A stretch of DNA of 63,992 nucleotides, filler included. It is 4 parts of 4 records of this genome, joined end to end, with 100 filler letters (N's around TTAATTAATTAA, not from the genome) between each part and the next. Parts side by side here need not be neighbours in the genome. Positions count along the whole stretch, not along the records: positions 21,146 to 37,184 come from SRR31147125_2078; 3 more parts are not named here. The stretch is one strand, 5' to 3'. Under the pieces are notes generated by a model. The model ran no database searches and had not been told where the DNA came from. It saw only the letters and a list, made by a program, of their open reading frames with translations. Made by a program: the position numbers and the translations under genes. Below, in pieces: positions 21,222-32,881 of the stretch; position 1 is the first letter of the stretch; the number at the start of each line of letters is the position of its first letter.

Positions 21222-22022
21222 ATGAAAAAAGTCATTTTTATATTTTTAATAAGTATTGCAGGATTATTACTAAGTTCATGTAGTAGTGACTATGACATGG
21301 GTTATGATTACGATGATGAAGGAGAAGTGCTAGCAACTTCAGAAAATGGAATACCCGAAAGACAAATTATTTATGAAGTTGATATTTCATTTGATGTTAA
21401 AGATTTAGAAGAAGCTTCAAATGATTTAAAAGATATGCTTGCATCAGATGAATGGTTTGATCAAGAGTCTCTATCAGATACAAGACATGCATATGTCATA
21501 CGTGTAAAAACAGATAGATTAGATGCCTTTATTGAAGATTTAAAAGATGAGTTTGTCCTAAGAAATTATGAGAAAGTTGGGACAGATGTTTCACTTGCAT
21601 ATCAAGATACATCAAATCAAATACTTGCGCTTGAATCACAATTAGAAAGATTGCTTGAACTCTATGATGATGCATCACTTTCTGATATGATACTCATCAA
21701 TCAACAAATATCAGATATCGAAGTGGAACTTCAATCACTTAATCATACCATCAACACATATGATTCACTTATTGAATATAGCCGTGTTGAACTTGATTTT
21801 TATGGCAGTAAAGTCACCTCACAATCACCGTTTTTTAACAGATTAGCCAATGGGTTTTTAAATGGCTTAAATGGACTTATTTTTGTGCTTGACCAATTGG
21901 TTATTGTGATAGCGACTATATTACCTTTTGGACTCGTTCTCGGTGGTATAGGTGGTGCGACATGGTTATATATTAAAAAGAAAAATCGTAATGACAAATC
22001 TAAACATACTAAATCTAAATAA
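21222..22022 (+). CDS. DUF4349-domain lipoprotein
   Basis: Lipobox-like LLSSC, coiled-coil DVSLAYQD...LERLLEL, C-terminal TM. Confidence 0.8.
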   Translation: MKKVIFIFLISIAGLLLSSCSSDYDMGYDYDDEGEVLATSENGIPERQIIYEVDISFDVKDLEEASNDLKDMLASDEWFDQESLSDTRHAYVIRVKTDRLDAFIEDLKDEFVLRNYEKVGTDVSLAYQDTSNQILALESQLERLLELYDDASLSDMILINQQISDIEVELQSLNHTINTYDSLIEYSRVELDFYGSKVTSQSPFFNRLANGFLNGLNGLIFVLDQLVIVIATILPFGLVLGGIGGATWLYIKKKNRNDKSKHTKSK

Positions 22023-22034
22023 ATAAGTTATAGA

Positions 22035-22066
22035 TGACCTAGTTCCACAAGTGACTAGGTCTTTTT
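22035..22066 (+). terminator. Rho-independent terminator
   Basis: GACCTAGT...ACTAGGTC followed by TTTTT. Confidence 0.7.
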
Positions 22067-22140
22067 ATATGATTTTAAAGGATTATTTTGATAACATATG
22101 CATGAATTAGTTTTAATTTCAAAATAATGGAGGATTTAAC

Positions 22141-23460
22141 ATGAATAAAGAAAAACAAATTAGTGTTGTTGGAGGTATATCTATACTCGCTGGCATTATG
22201 ATAGGTTCGGGTATATTTTTCTTAGGGGGTCAAATACTTGGACGTATCCAAGGATCACTTTGGTTATCACTTGCTGCATGGGCGGTTGGAGGTATTATCA
22301 CGCTTTTTTCAGGATTATCATATGCAGAACTAGGATCACTTTTCCCAGAAAATGGTGGATACTATGTTTATTTAAAAGAAGGGTATAATAAAAAAGTAGC
22401 ATTTTTATCTGGTTTTATGAATCTTGTTTTATCATCATCAGGTAGTATTGCATTACTTGCCATATTATTTGGTCAAGTCATGAGTAATATTTTTCCTGAA
22501 CTTGGATCATATATATCTATTGTTGCTATCGCTGCAATCATCTTATTAACCATAATTAATTATTTTGGTATTCAATTAGGTCAAGTTGTACAAATTGTAT
22601 TTATGGCAGCTAAACTCATACCGATTGTGATGATTATTGTGATGGGTATATTTATTGGTAAACAACCGATTGTTTCAACCTCAACACTTTCAAACTTATC
22701 ATTTTTTGAAGGTCTGGTTGCATTTGGATTTGCTGTTGTAGGTACACTTTGGGCATATGAAGGTTGGACAAATCTAAATGCTGTTGCTGGACAAATGAAG
22801 CATGCAAAAAAAGATTTACCAAAAGCCATGAGTATTGCTGTTGTTGGTGTTATGGTGATATATGTATTATTTATATTTTCACTTTATAGATTGGTTCAAT
22901 ATAGTGATTTATTAAGTGCACCTAATGGATGGTTTATTTTTAATGCAGCATATGTTTTATTTGGTGATACTGGACAATTACTAATCATGATATCAGTAGC
23001 GGTTAGTGTATTTGGTGCACTCAATGGTAGTGTATTGGTATTTCCTCGCGTTTATCAAAAGATGGCGAAAGATAAGTTGTTATTTAAAATATTTGCAAAA
23101 GAAGATAAAACATATAAAACGCCAGTATATACGTTACTCTTATCAGCAGCAATGTCTATTCTATTAATTATATTACCCTTTGATGTTGAAGCGTTGTTAA
23201 CTTTTGTCGTGTTTGCGGGATTAATCTTTAATACACTTATATTCATTGCTTTATTTAAATTTCGTAAAACAAAACCAGTTGAAAACTATCCGAGATATCA
23301 AGTTTTTGGTTATCCCTATATACCAGCTATCGCTATTTTTGGTATGTTATTACTATTAATTGCAACACTGATCGAAAGTTTCATACCTTCGATGATTGGT
23401 GTTGGTGTACTTATTGTTGGTTATGTGGTGATTCATTTCACAATAGGTCAATCATCTTAA
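22141..23460 (+). CDS. APC-family amino acid permease
   Basis: GIMIGSGIF, YAELGS.FP..GG.Y.Y, WAYEGW; about 12 TMs. Confidence 0.9.
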   Translation: MNKEKQISVVGGISILAGIMIGSGIFFLGGQILGRIQGSLWLSLAAWAVGGIITLFSGLSYAELGSLFPENGGYYVYLKEGYNKKVAFLSGFMNLVLSSSGSIALLAILFGQVMSNIFPELGSYISIVAIAAIILLTIINYFGIQLGQVVQIVFMAAKLIPIVMIIVMGIFIGKQPIVSTSTLSNLSFFEGLVAFGFAVVGTLWAYEGWTNLNAVAGQMKHAKKDLPKAMSIAVVGVMVIYVLFIFSLYRLVQYSDLLSAPNGWFIFNAAYVLFGDTGQLLIMISVAVSVFGALNGSVLVFPRVYQKMAKDKLLFKIFAKEDKTYKTPVYTLLLSAAMSILLIILPFDVEALLTFVVFAGLIFNTLIFIALFKFRKTKPVENYPRYQVFGYPYIPAIAIFGMLLLLIATLIESFIPSMIGVGVLIVGYVVIHFTIGQSS

Positions 23461-23551
23461 TTTGCAACATTCAATGATTCGTTGTAAAATAAGTGTATAT
23501 GAAAAATCCTCATACAGTTGAGGATTTTTTAATAGATGGGAAACTAAAAAG

Positions 23552-24892
23552 ATGGATATAAAAACATTTAATCAACTAAAAAAATATAGTGATGCAAATG
23601 GTGTTGCATCTGTCATTGATCATCGTATCCATATGTCATTAAATGCATATGGTTTATACGAGGAGCACGTTGATTTTGAAGTTAAAGATATTAATGATCA
23701 AGTGCGTCATGTGATGTCACATCTTTATACAAAAACAAATGAAACAAAACTTGGTAAAAAACTATTTGGTGATATCGCTGATATTAAATATGATCAGCAA
23801 TTAGGCTATTATAAACATTTATATGCTGGCTATGTTAAAGAAGGCAATTATAGAGAAATTGCTACTGCTGGTGGTATGGCAACTTGGTTATTTGCTGAGT
23901 TATTTCGTAAAAAACTAATAGACGGCGTCATTCATGTAAAACAAAATAAAGATAAAGATAGTGATATATTATTTAAATATGATATTTCATATTCAATCGA
24001 TGAAATAAAAGCAGGTGCTAAATCTAAATATTATCCTGTTGAAATGTCAGAAGTCCTAAATATTGTAAAACAAAAACCTGGCAAATACGCAGTGATTGGT
24101 AGCCCTAGTTTTATCATGTCCCTTCGACTTTTATGTGAAGAAGAACTTGTATTTAAATCTCGTATTAAATTTATGATTGGTCTTATCGTTAGGCATCATA
24201 AAAGTGCAAGATTCGCAGAATCTATTGCATGGCAAGTCGGTATTAAACCTGGACATTTAACATACATCGATTTTAGAAAACCAATACTCAATAAACCTGC
24301 TAGCCAATATGCTGTGCAATTAGAAGGATATAAAAATGGTCATTTAGAAAGAATTATTAAACCAATGCACATGTTTATTGATCAAGATTGGGGTGGCTAT
24401 TTTAAAGCAAGAGCTTCCGATTATTTAGATGATGTCTTTAATGAAACTGCTGATATTACTTTGGGTGATGCTTGGTTAGAGCAATATGATAATGACCCAT
24501 TGGGTACCAATGTGGTCATTACTAGAAATGAAACCATTGATAAACTCATCAAACAGGCTTTTAAGGATAATAGAGTATATCTTGAGCAACTTTCATCAAA
24601 ACAAGTAAGAGCAACACAAACATCGCATTATCGTCACACACATGATGAACTATCTTATCGTTTACTTAAATTAAAAAATCAACATCAGTGGTACCCAGTA
24701 AAAAGGGTAGAACCAAATGATCATATTTCTGATTTTAGAAAAAATGTTCAAGATTTTAGAGAAATGATACGAAATGACAGTCATACATACTATTTAAAAG
24801 CAAGACAAAATGGTGATTTTAGTATTTATAGAAATCAAATGATTAAATTACAAAGCGCATATAAAAAGCTATATCAAACAAAAAATAAATGA
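23552..24892 (+). CDS. FrhB/FdhB (coenzyme F420 hydrogenase beta subunit-like) family protein, Cys-depleted
   Basis: TAGGMATW...LIDGVIHV, AKSKYYPV, ADITLGDAW motifs. Confidence 0.75.
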   Translation: MDIKTFNQLKKYSDANGVASVIDHRIHMSLNAYGLYEEHVDFEVKDINDQVRHVMSHLYTKTNETKLGKKLFGDIADIKYDQQLGYYKHLYAGYVKEGNYREIATAGGMATWLFAELFRKKLIDGVIHVKQNKDKDSDILFKYDISYSIDEIKAGAKSKYYPVEMSEVLNIVKQKPGKYAVIGSPSFIMSLRLLCEEELVFKSRIKFMIGLIVRHHKSARFAESIAWQVGIKPGHLTYIDFRKPILNKPASQYAVQLEGYKNGHLERIIKPMHMFIDQDWGGYFKARASDYLDDVFNETADITLGDAWLEQYDNDPLGTNVVITRNETIDKLIKQAFKDNRVYLEQLSSKQVRATQTSHYRHTHDELSYRLLKLKNQHQWYPVKRVEPNDHISDFRKNVQDFREMIRNDSHTYYLKARQNGDFSIYRNQMIKLQSAYKKLYQTKNK

Positions 24893-24951
24893 GTCTTATA
24901 GATCGCATGAATCAGGTGTGATCTATTTTTTTATTTTTTTAATTAAGAGAC

Positions 24952-24980
24952 TTGACAACTTTTTAAAAATTTATTATATT
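24952..24980 (+). promoter_or_regulatory. Sigma70/SigA promoter of groESL
   Basis: TTGACA-17 nt-TATATT. Confidence 0.75.
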
Positions 24981-24984
24981 ATAA

Positions 24985-25011
24985 TTGGCAACCAAGTAAT
25001 AAGAGTGCCAA
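24985..25011 (+). promoter_or_regulatory. CIRCE element (HrcA operator)
   Basis: TTGGCAACC-N9-GAGTGCCAA versus consensus TTAGCACTC-N9-GAGTGCTAA, directly upstream of groES. Confidence 0.85.
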
Positions 25012-25038
25012 TAAATAAATATTCAAGGAGGAGTTTTC

Positions 25039-26940
<1,902 letters not shown>

Positions 26941-26948
26941 TAAAATAG

Positions 26949-26989
26949 AAGGAATAAAGCCAAGATGTTATCTTCTTTATTCCTTTTTT
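26949..26989 (+). terminator. Rho-independent terminator after groEL
   Basis: AAGGAATAAAG...CTTTATTCCTT plus T-run. Confidence 0.7.
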
Positions 26990-27016
26990 ATATGATATAA
27001 TGCATGCAGGTGATGA

Positions 27017-27559
27017 TTGATGATTGTATTAGTAGGCGCAAGCGCAAGTGGAAAAACAGAAATAGCAAAAATACTTTTTAACAAATATGGGTATAAAAAA
27101 TGCATAACAACAACTTCTAGAAGTCCGCGTAAAAACGAAGTAGATCATGTTGACTATCATTTTTTATCAAAAGAGAGATTTCAAGAGTTAATGGATAAAG
27201 ATGCATTTTTAGAAGTTTCAATTTACAACCATCATTATTATGGTTTTCAAAAGAAAGATGTGATGTATAAAGGTGTGGTAGTCCTTGATCCAAATGGAGC
27301 TAATGCCGTGATACGTGCAAACATCAAGGATGTCATGATTGTCTATGTGCATAGTGATAAAGATTTAAGAGAATCTAGAATGATTCAACGTGGAGATTGT
27401 AGGGAAGACATCAAAAAAAGACTAACATCTGATGATGAAACTTTTAAACCATCAAATATTAAGCGTATTGATTTAAGGATAGAAAATCATGAAATCGATA
27501 TTGAGTCTTTGGGGACCTATATTCATCAACAATATATACAAAGTAAAAAAGCATCATGA
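27017..27559 (+). CDS. gmk: Guanylate kinase
   Basis: GASASGKT P-loop, TTTSRSPR..E...DYHF, YYG. Confidence 0.85.
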   Translation: MMIVLVGASASGKTEIAKILFNKYGYKKCITTTSRSPRKNEVDHVDYHFLSKERFQELMDKDAFLEVSIYNHHYYGFQKKDVMYKGVVVLDPNGANAVIRANIKDVMIVYVHSDKDLRESRMIQRGDCREDIKKRLTSDDETFKPSNIKRIDLRIENHEIDIESLGTYIHQQYIQSKKAS

Positions 27560-27617
27560 GCTTCATGATGTTTTTTTTATGTTAAAATCTTACTATAAGT
27601 TGAAATGAGGCGATGTA

Positions 27618-28064
27618 ATGAGATATAAAGTAGATTCAATTGATGCATACATGAAGGCTATTCCAAAAGATAGAGTACGACCTATTAATCAGTTAAGAGA
27701 AGCTATTAAAAATAATTTACCAGAGGGATTTGAAGAGGTCTTACAATATGAAATGATATCATATATTATACCCTTATCAAGATATCCTAAAGGCTATCAT
27801 GTCACACCAAATACACCATTACCGTTTATATCACTTGCATCTCAAAAAGCAACGATTAATTTATATCATAATGGTATTTATGCAAGCCAATCATTACTTA
27901 CTTGGTTCAATGAAACATATAAGGAAATGTTTGGAAAAAAGCCAAATATGGGTAAATCTTGTATTAGATTTAAAGAAGTCAATGAGTTAACCATTGATTT
28001 AATAGCTCAATTGTGTACAAAAATGACTCCTCAGGATTTAATTGATCTATATGAAAATCGATAA
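27618..28064 (+). CDS. DUF1801 (YdhG-like) protein
   Basis: LP.GFEE, YP.GYH, ASQK..I.LY, MGKSCIRF. Confidence 0.85.
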   Translation: MRYKVDSIDAYMKAIPKDRVRPINQLREAIKNNLPEGFEEVLQYEMISYIIPLSRYPKGYHVTPNTPLPFISLASQKATINLYHNGIYASQSLLTWFNETYKEMFGKKPNMGKSCIRFKEVNELTIDLIAQLCTKMTPQDLIDLYENR

Positions 28065-28163
28065 ATATTAAAGTATACAGCGATGTATGCTTTTATTTTA
28101 TGTATTTTTTAACTAGTTTCATGTTAAACTGTTAAAGGAATAAATAGAAAAGAGAAACATTTT

Positions 28164-29369
28164 ATGAAAAAGAATAAAACCATTATTATACTTATTATCT
28201 TATTTTTATTGAATCAGATTGCTGCAAATGTAGGGCATCCTGTTACACCAGCTTTTGTAAAAAGTTTAGGCATCGAAGATTATATGTTTGGTGTGTTTTT
28301 TGCATTCATGGCTGCAGGATTGACTATAGGTGGTCTTATATTTGGCTATTTAGGGGATCGTTACAAAAAGAAATATATGATTATGATTGGATATGTGATA
28401 TATGCGATTGCTCAATTTGGTTTTGGGTATGCAGAAAATCAATATGCAATGATCTTTTTTAGATTCTTAGCTGGACTTGGTGCAGCAGCAACGATTACTT
28501 TATCAACAGCTTTAGTGATTGCACATACAACAGATAAAAATCGTACTAAAATTTTAGGATTTGTTGCAGCAGCAATGACACTTGGTGCATCAATTGGATA
28601 TTATTTAGGTGGTCAATTAGGTGCGAATCAATGGTTCATTGATTTACTTGGGACAAGTGAATTAAAATATATTTTCCTTATCCAAAGTGGACTCAATATC
28701 TTTGTTGGAATTTTAGTTTATTTCTTTTTACAAAATGAGCGTGTTCTTATTCAAAATAACAAAGATAATTTCTTTAAATCCATGCGTACGATTACACAAT
28801 TAAAACCGACATTACTTATATTTTTAGGTTCACTCATGCTATTTACCATGGGTAAAATTAATACTGAAAAATATTTAGATGTATATTTTAATGACTTAGG
28901 ATATTCAAGTGGTGATATTGGTACTTTTGTATTAGTCACAGGGATTGTATCACTATCAGCAAGTATCTTTGTCGTACCATTATTTAACAAAGTTAAAAAT
29001 AAAATTGCTACGATGGCATTGATGCATTTACTTGCAGCGTTCATCATTATTTATGTGTTTAGATCAGAAGTGTTTATGACATCAATTTATAGTGTTTATA
29101 TGATATATATTGTCATACGAACCGTTTATCAGCCCCTTGAGCAATCATATATATCGAATCATGCATCAGATGGTAAATACGCAATGATTATGGGTGTTAG
29201 ACAGTCGTTTTTATCACTTGGTATGATTATTGGTCCACTCTTAGGAGGATTAATATATCAAATATTACCCAGATATTTATTTGATTCATCTGCGATATTA
29301 TTTATATTAAGTGGTGTTTGCTTAGTTGTAGTCATCATGATGATTAAAAAACAACCACAAATTGACTAA
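28164..29369 (+). CDS. MFS transporter (drug:H+ antiporter-like)
   Basis: GYLGDRY.KK motif A, RFLAG, G.IIGPLLGG; 12 TMs. Confidence 0.88.
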   Translation: MKKNKTIIILIILFLLNQIAANVGHPVTPAFVKSLGIEDYMFGVFFAFMAAGLTIGGLIFGYLGDRYKKKYMIMIGYVIYAIAQFGFGYAENQYAMIFFRFLAGLGAAATITLSTALVIAHTTDKNRTKILGFVAAAMTLGASIGYYLGGQLGANQWFIDLLGTSELKYIFLIQSGLNIFVGILVYFFLQNERVLIQNNKDNFFKSMRTITQLKPTLLIFLGSLMLFTMGKINTEKYLDVYFNDLGYSSGDIGTFVLVTGIVSLSASIFVVPLFNKVKNKIATMALMHLLAAFIIIYVFRSEVFMTSIYSVYMIYIVIRTVYQPLEQSYISNHASDGKYAMIMGVRQSFLSLGMIIGPLLGGLIYQILPRYLFDSSAILFILSGVCLVVVIMMIKKQPQID

Positions 29370-29460
29370 AAGTGCGATATAACGCACTTTTTTTATTGAG
29401 TGAGATGTTGTATCACATTAATGATCATGCATATGATATGATATAATAAACATAACATAG

Positions 29461-29480
29461 ATATCATATAAATATGATAT
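29461..29480. promoter_or_regulatory. Palindromic putative operator upstream of gnd
   Basis: Perfect ATATCATAT-AA-ATATGATAT between a TATAAT -10 box and the RBS. Confidence 0.5.
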
Positions 29481-29495
29481 ACAAGGAGGATATAT

Positions 29496-30389
29496 ATGAA
29501 AATCAGATTAATTGGACTTGGAAAAATGGGTGCAAATATCGCACTTAATTTAAAAGATCATGGCCATGAAGTTTATGGGTTTGATTTATCCGAATCAGTA
29601 AGAAATAAATTAAATCGCGAAGGTGTAAAAACTTTTGCTAGTCTAGATAAATGTTTAGAAGATGATGGCGAACGAAAAGTTATTTGGATGTTGGTGCCCA
29701 ATCAATTTGTTGATCAAGTGATCAACGATATGTTGCCACACTTAAATGCTAAAGATATTGTGATTGATGCGGGTAATTCAAACTTTAATCGATCAATGAT
29801 AAGATATCGCACTTTAAAAGATAAAGGTATCGATTTTATTGATGTAGGAACATCAGGTGGTACTTATGGTGCAAGAAATGGCGCATGTCTCATGGCTGGT
29901 GGAGAACGTGAAGTCGTAGAATTTGTTGAACAAGTATTTATTGATGTAGCTGTTAAAGATGGATATGCTTATACAGGAAAACCAGGCTCTGGTCATTTTG
30001 TTAAAATGGTACATAATGGTATTGAATATGGCATGATGCAAGCAATGGCAGAGGGTTTTGATTTGCTTGAAGCATCACCATTTGAGCTTGACTATGTCGA
30101 TATTACAAAAATGTGGAACCATGGATCAATTATTGAATCAAATCTTATGGGTTATATTCATGAAGCATTTAAAAAAGATGAAAAACTTGATGAAATTGCA
30201 GGTCGTGTTGATGATTCAGGTGAAGGTATGTGGACTATTGAAGAAGCATTAAAATATAAGGTTGCAATGCCTGTGATCACACAATCATTATTCTCAAGAT
30301 ATAAATCAAGAGATGAAAGTAAGTTCGCCGAAAAAGTTGTAGCGGCTATGAGAAAGGAATTCGGTGGTCACGCCGTTTATAAGAAAAAA
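29496..30389 (+). CDS. gnd: 6-phosphogluconate dehydrogenase, decarboxylating (short YqeC type); in frame with zwf as assembled
   Basis: IGLGKMG, IDAGNS, DVGTSGG, GHFVKMVHNGIEYG, VDDSGEG, R..FGGH. Confidence 0.92.
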
Positions 30390-31754
30390 ATGAAAGATAT
30401 CGTATTTGTCATATTTGGATCAACAGGAGATTTAACATCAAGAAAATTATTACCTGCGATTTCAAAACTATATCAAAAAAATCAAATCACAAAAAATATT
30501 AAAGTGGTTGCTGTTGGTCGAAGAGATTATGACACGAATCAATACTTAGATTATGTTGTATCCACCGATAATAACAAACTTGATAAATCAATCCTTGAAT
30601 CTTTTGTTACTTATTATAAAATGCAAATCACTGAACCAAGTGATTATAAAGGATTGAAAACGTATCTTGATGAGTTTTCAAACCAAGAGACAAAACAATT
30701 ATTTTATTTAGCGATTGCACCTCAATTTTTTGATGATGTCGCAAAATACTTAAACCAAGTATCACTGATTGAAAAAGGAAATGAACATCATAGATTAATA
30801 TTTGAAAAACCTTTTGGGCATAATTTAGAAAGTGCAAAAAAAATCAATCAGATGTTATGGCAATTCTTTGATGAAAATCAAATATATCGAATTGACCACT
30901 ACTTGGGTAAAGAAATGATTCAAAATATTATGATGCTTCGTTTTGCAAATCGTATTTTTGAAGAAGTATGGTATAACCGCACCATTAAAAATATCAAAAT
31001 AATTGCTAAAGAAACAGATGGTATTTTAGGTCGTGCTGGTTATTATGATGAATCCGGTGCTTTAAAGGATATGGTTCAATCACATTTATTACAAATATTA
31101 AGTTTAATTGCGATGGAACCACCCGTATCATATTTTAGTGATGATGTTAAAAATGAAAAAGTTGAAGTTTTAAAACACCTTAGATTTGATAAAGACAATC
31201 TAATATTTGGTCAATATGATGGTTATAAAGACGAAAAAGGTATTGATCAAACATCAGATACAGAGACATTTGTTTATTTAAAAACGTTTGTAGAAACACC
31301 ACGGTTTAAAGGCGTACCATTTTATTTAATGACTGGTAAAAAACTAGATATTAAAGAATCACTTGTTATTGTTGAGTTTGAAGAAACAACTGAACAAAGA
31401 AAATGGGACTTACCACTTTCAACAAATAAGCTATATATAAAAATTGCACCTGAAGATGGTTTTGGGCTTTCACTAAATAGTAAAGTACCAGGGTTACGTG
31501 ATGATGTAGAATCAGTTGAAATGGAATATTGTATTGCTTGCAAAGCTTTTGGAAATATGACGGAAGCTTATGAAAAACTCTTGTTAGATATTAGTGAAGG
31601 ACATAAAACACTATTTACAAGATGGGATGAAATTGAATTATCATGGCAATTTATTGATGACATTAAAAAACATCAATCAAAACCTGTCATTTATAAAGAT
31701 TTAGATGACTTAAAGTCATTGATTAAACAAGTAGAAGAAGGAATGAAATCATGA
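30390..31754 (+). CDS. zwf: Glucose-6-phosphate 1-dehydrogenase
   Basis: GSTGDL..RKL.P, EKPFG, YRIDHYLGKE, DMVQSHLLQ. Confidence 0.93.
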   Translation: MKDIVFVIFGSTGDLTSRKLLPAISKLYQKNQITKNIKVVAVGRRDYDTNQYLDYVVSTDNNKLDKSILESFVTYYKMQITEPSDYKGLKTYLDEFSNQETKQLFYLAIAPQFFDDVAKYLNQVSLIEKGNEHHRLIFEKPFGHNLESAKKINQMLWQFFDENQIYRIDHYLGKEMIQNIMMLRFANRIFEEVWYNRTIKNIKIIAKETDGILGRAGYYDESGALKDMVQSHLLQILSLIAMEPPVSYFSDDVKNEKVEVLKHLRFDKDNLIFGQYDGYKDEKGIDQTSDTETFVYLKTFVETPRFKGVPFYLMTGKKLDIKESLVIVEFEETTEQRKWDLPLSTNKLYIKIAPEDGFGLSLNSKVPGLRDDVESVEMEYCIACKAFGNMTEAYEKLLLDISEGHKTLFTRWDEIELSWQFIDDIKKHQSKPVIYKDLDDLKSLIKQVEEGMKS

Positions 31755-32374
31755 AATATTATGACGTTACAATGAAAATCAGTCCAAGTATTCAAGTGTA
31801 TAAGAATGATCCAGCAAAAATACCGGTATTTGAAAATGCAAACAATCATGATATAGGAACAACACATGAAACAGTTGTTAAAATGAATGTGCATACTGGG
31901 ACACACTTAGATTTTCCATTACATATGATTAAAAATGGAAAAACTTCTGATACTTATGATTTTAAGAAATACATCAGAGAAGTGAAAGTTTTTGATTTAA
32001 CCCAAGTTAAAGAAGAAATAACTTTAAATGATATTCAAGATTTAGATATTCAAATCAATGATTTTGTATTTTTTAAAACACAAAACAGTTTTGAAGATAC
32101 TTTTAATTTTAAATTTGTATTTGTCAGAGAAGACGCAGCAAAATATTTAAGTGAAATAGGTATTGCTGGTGTTGGTGTTGATGGTTTAGGTATTGAACGT
32201 GATCAAAAAGGTCATCCTACACATTTATATTTAATGCATAAAGATATTGATATTATTGAAGGATTACGTTTAAAAGATATAAATCCTGGGACATATATGA
32301 TGTATGGTCAAGCGATTCCTTTAGAAGGACTTGATGCATGCCCAATGAGTATCGTTTTAGCGAGTGATGATTAG
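31751..32374 (+). CDS. Cyclase-family (kynurenine formamidase-like) metal hydrolase
   Basis: HTGTHLD.P.H, VGVD, IIEGL; ATGA overlap with the zwf stop. Confidence 0.88.
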   Translation: MKYYDVTMKISPSIQVYKNDPAKIPVFENANNHDIGTTHETVVKMNVHTGTHLDFPLHMIKNGKTSDTYDFKKYIREVKVFDLTQVKEEITLNDIQDLDIQINDFVFFKTQNSFEDTFNFKFVFVREDAAKYLSEIGIAGVGVDGLGIERDQKGHPTHLYLMHKDIDIIEGLRLKDINPGTYMMYGQAIPLEGLDACPMSIVLASDD

Positions 32375-32879
32375 AAGAGCAACACTAACTGATTTGGATG
32401 CAATCTGGCAACTTAGATTAAAAACAACTGCATTATTAAAATCAAGAGGTATTGATCAATGGCAATTTGATCAACCAACAAAAAAACGATTTGAATTAGA
32501 CATTTTAAATCAATCGTTTTTTGTGTATACAATCAAAGAACGTATCATAGCAATGATGTATATCCAACATGAAAAAGAAGATACATATCATGAAATTAAT
32601 GGAAATTGGCAGAATGACTTACCCTATTTAACCATACATAGATTAGCTGTTGATACAACTTATTTAAGGCAAGGTATCGCAAAAGAAATGCTTGATTTTG
32701 CTAAATCATATGCATTAAACCATGCTATTCAATCAATACGCATTGATACACATAAGGATAATCATTTTGCGATCAAATTATTCAAAAAGCAAGGGTTCGT
32801 TTATCGCGGTGTTATTGATTTAAATATTCAGTATGGAGATCCTCTGCGTCATGCATATGATATTTTATTAGGAGCATAA
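32364..32879 (+). CDS. GNAT-family N-acetyltransferase
   Basis: IHRLAV....RQGIA, IRIDTH..N..A..LF. Confidence 0.88.
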   Translation: MMIRRATLTDLDAIWQLRLKTTALLKSRGIDQWQFDQPTKKRFELDILNQSFFVYTIKERIIAMMYIQHEKEDTYHEINGNWQNDLPYLTIHRLAVDTTYLRQGIAKEMLDFAKSYALNHAIQSIRIDTHKDNHFAIKLFKKQGFVYRGVIDLNIQYGDPLRHAYDILLGA

Positions 32880-32881
32880 AC

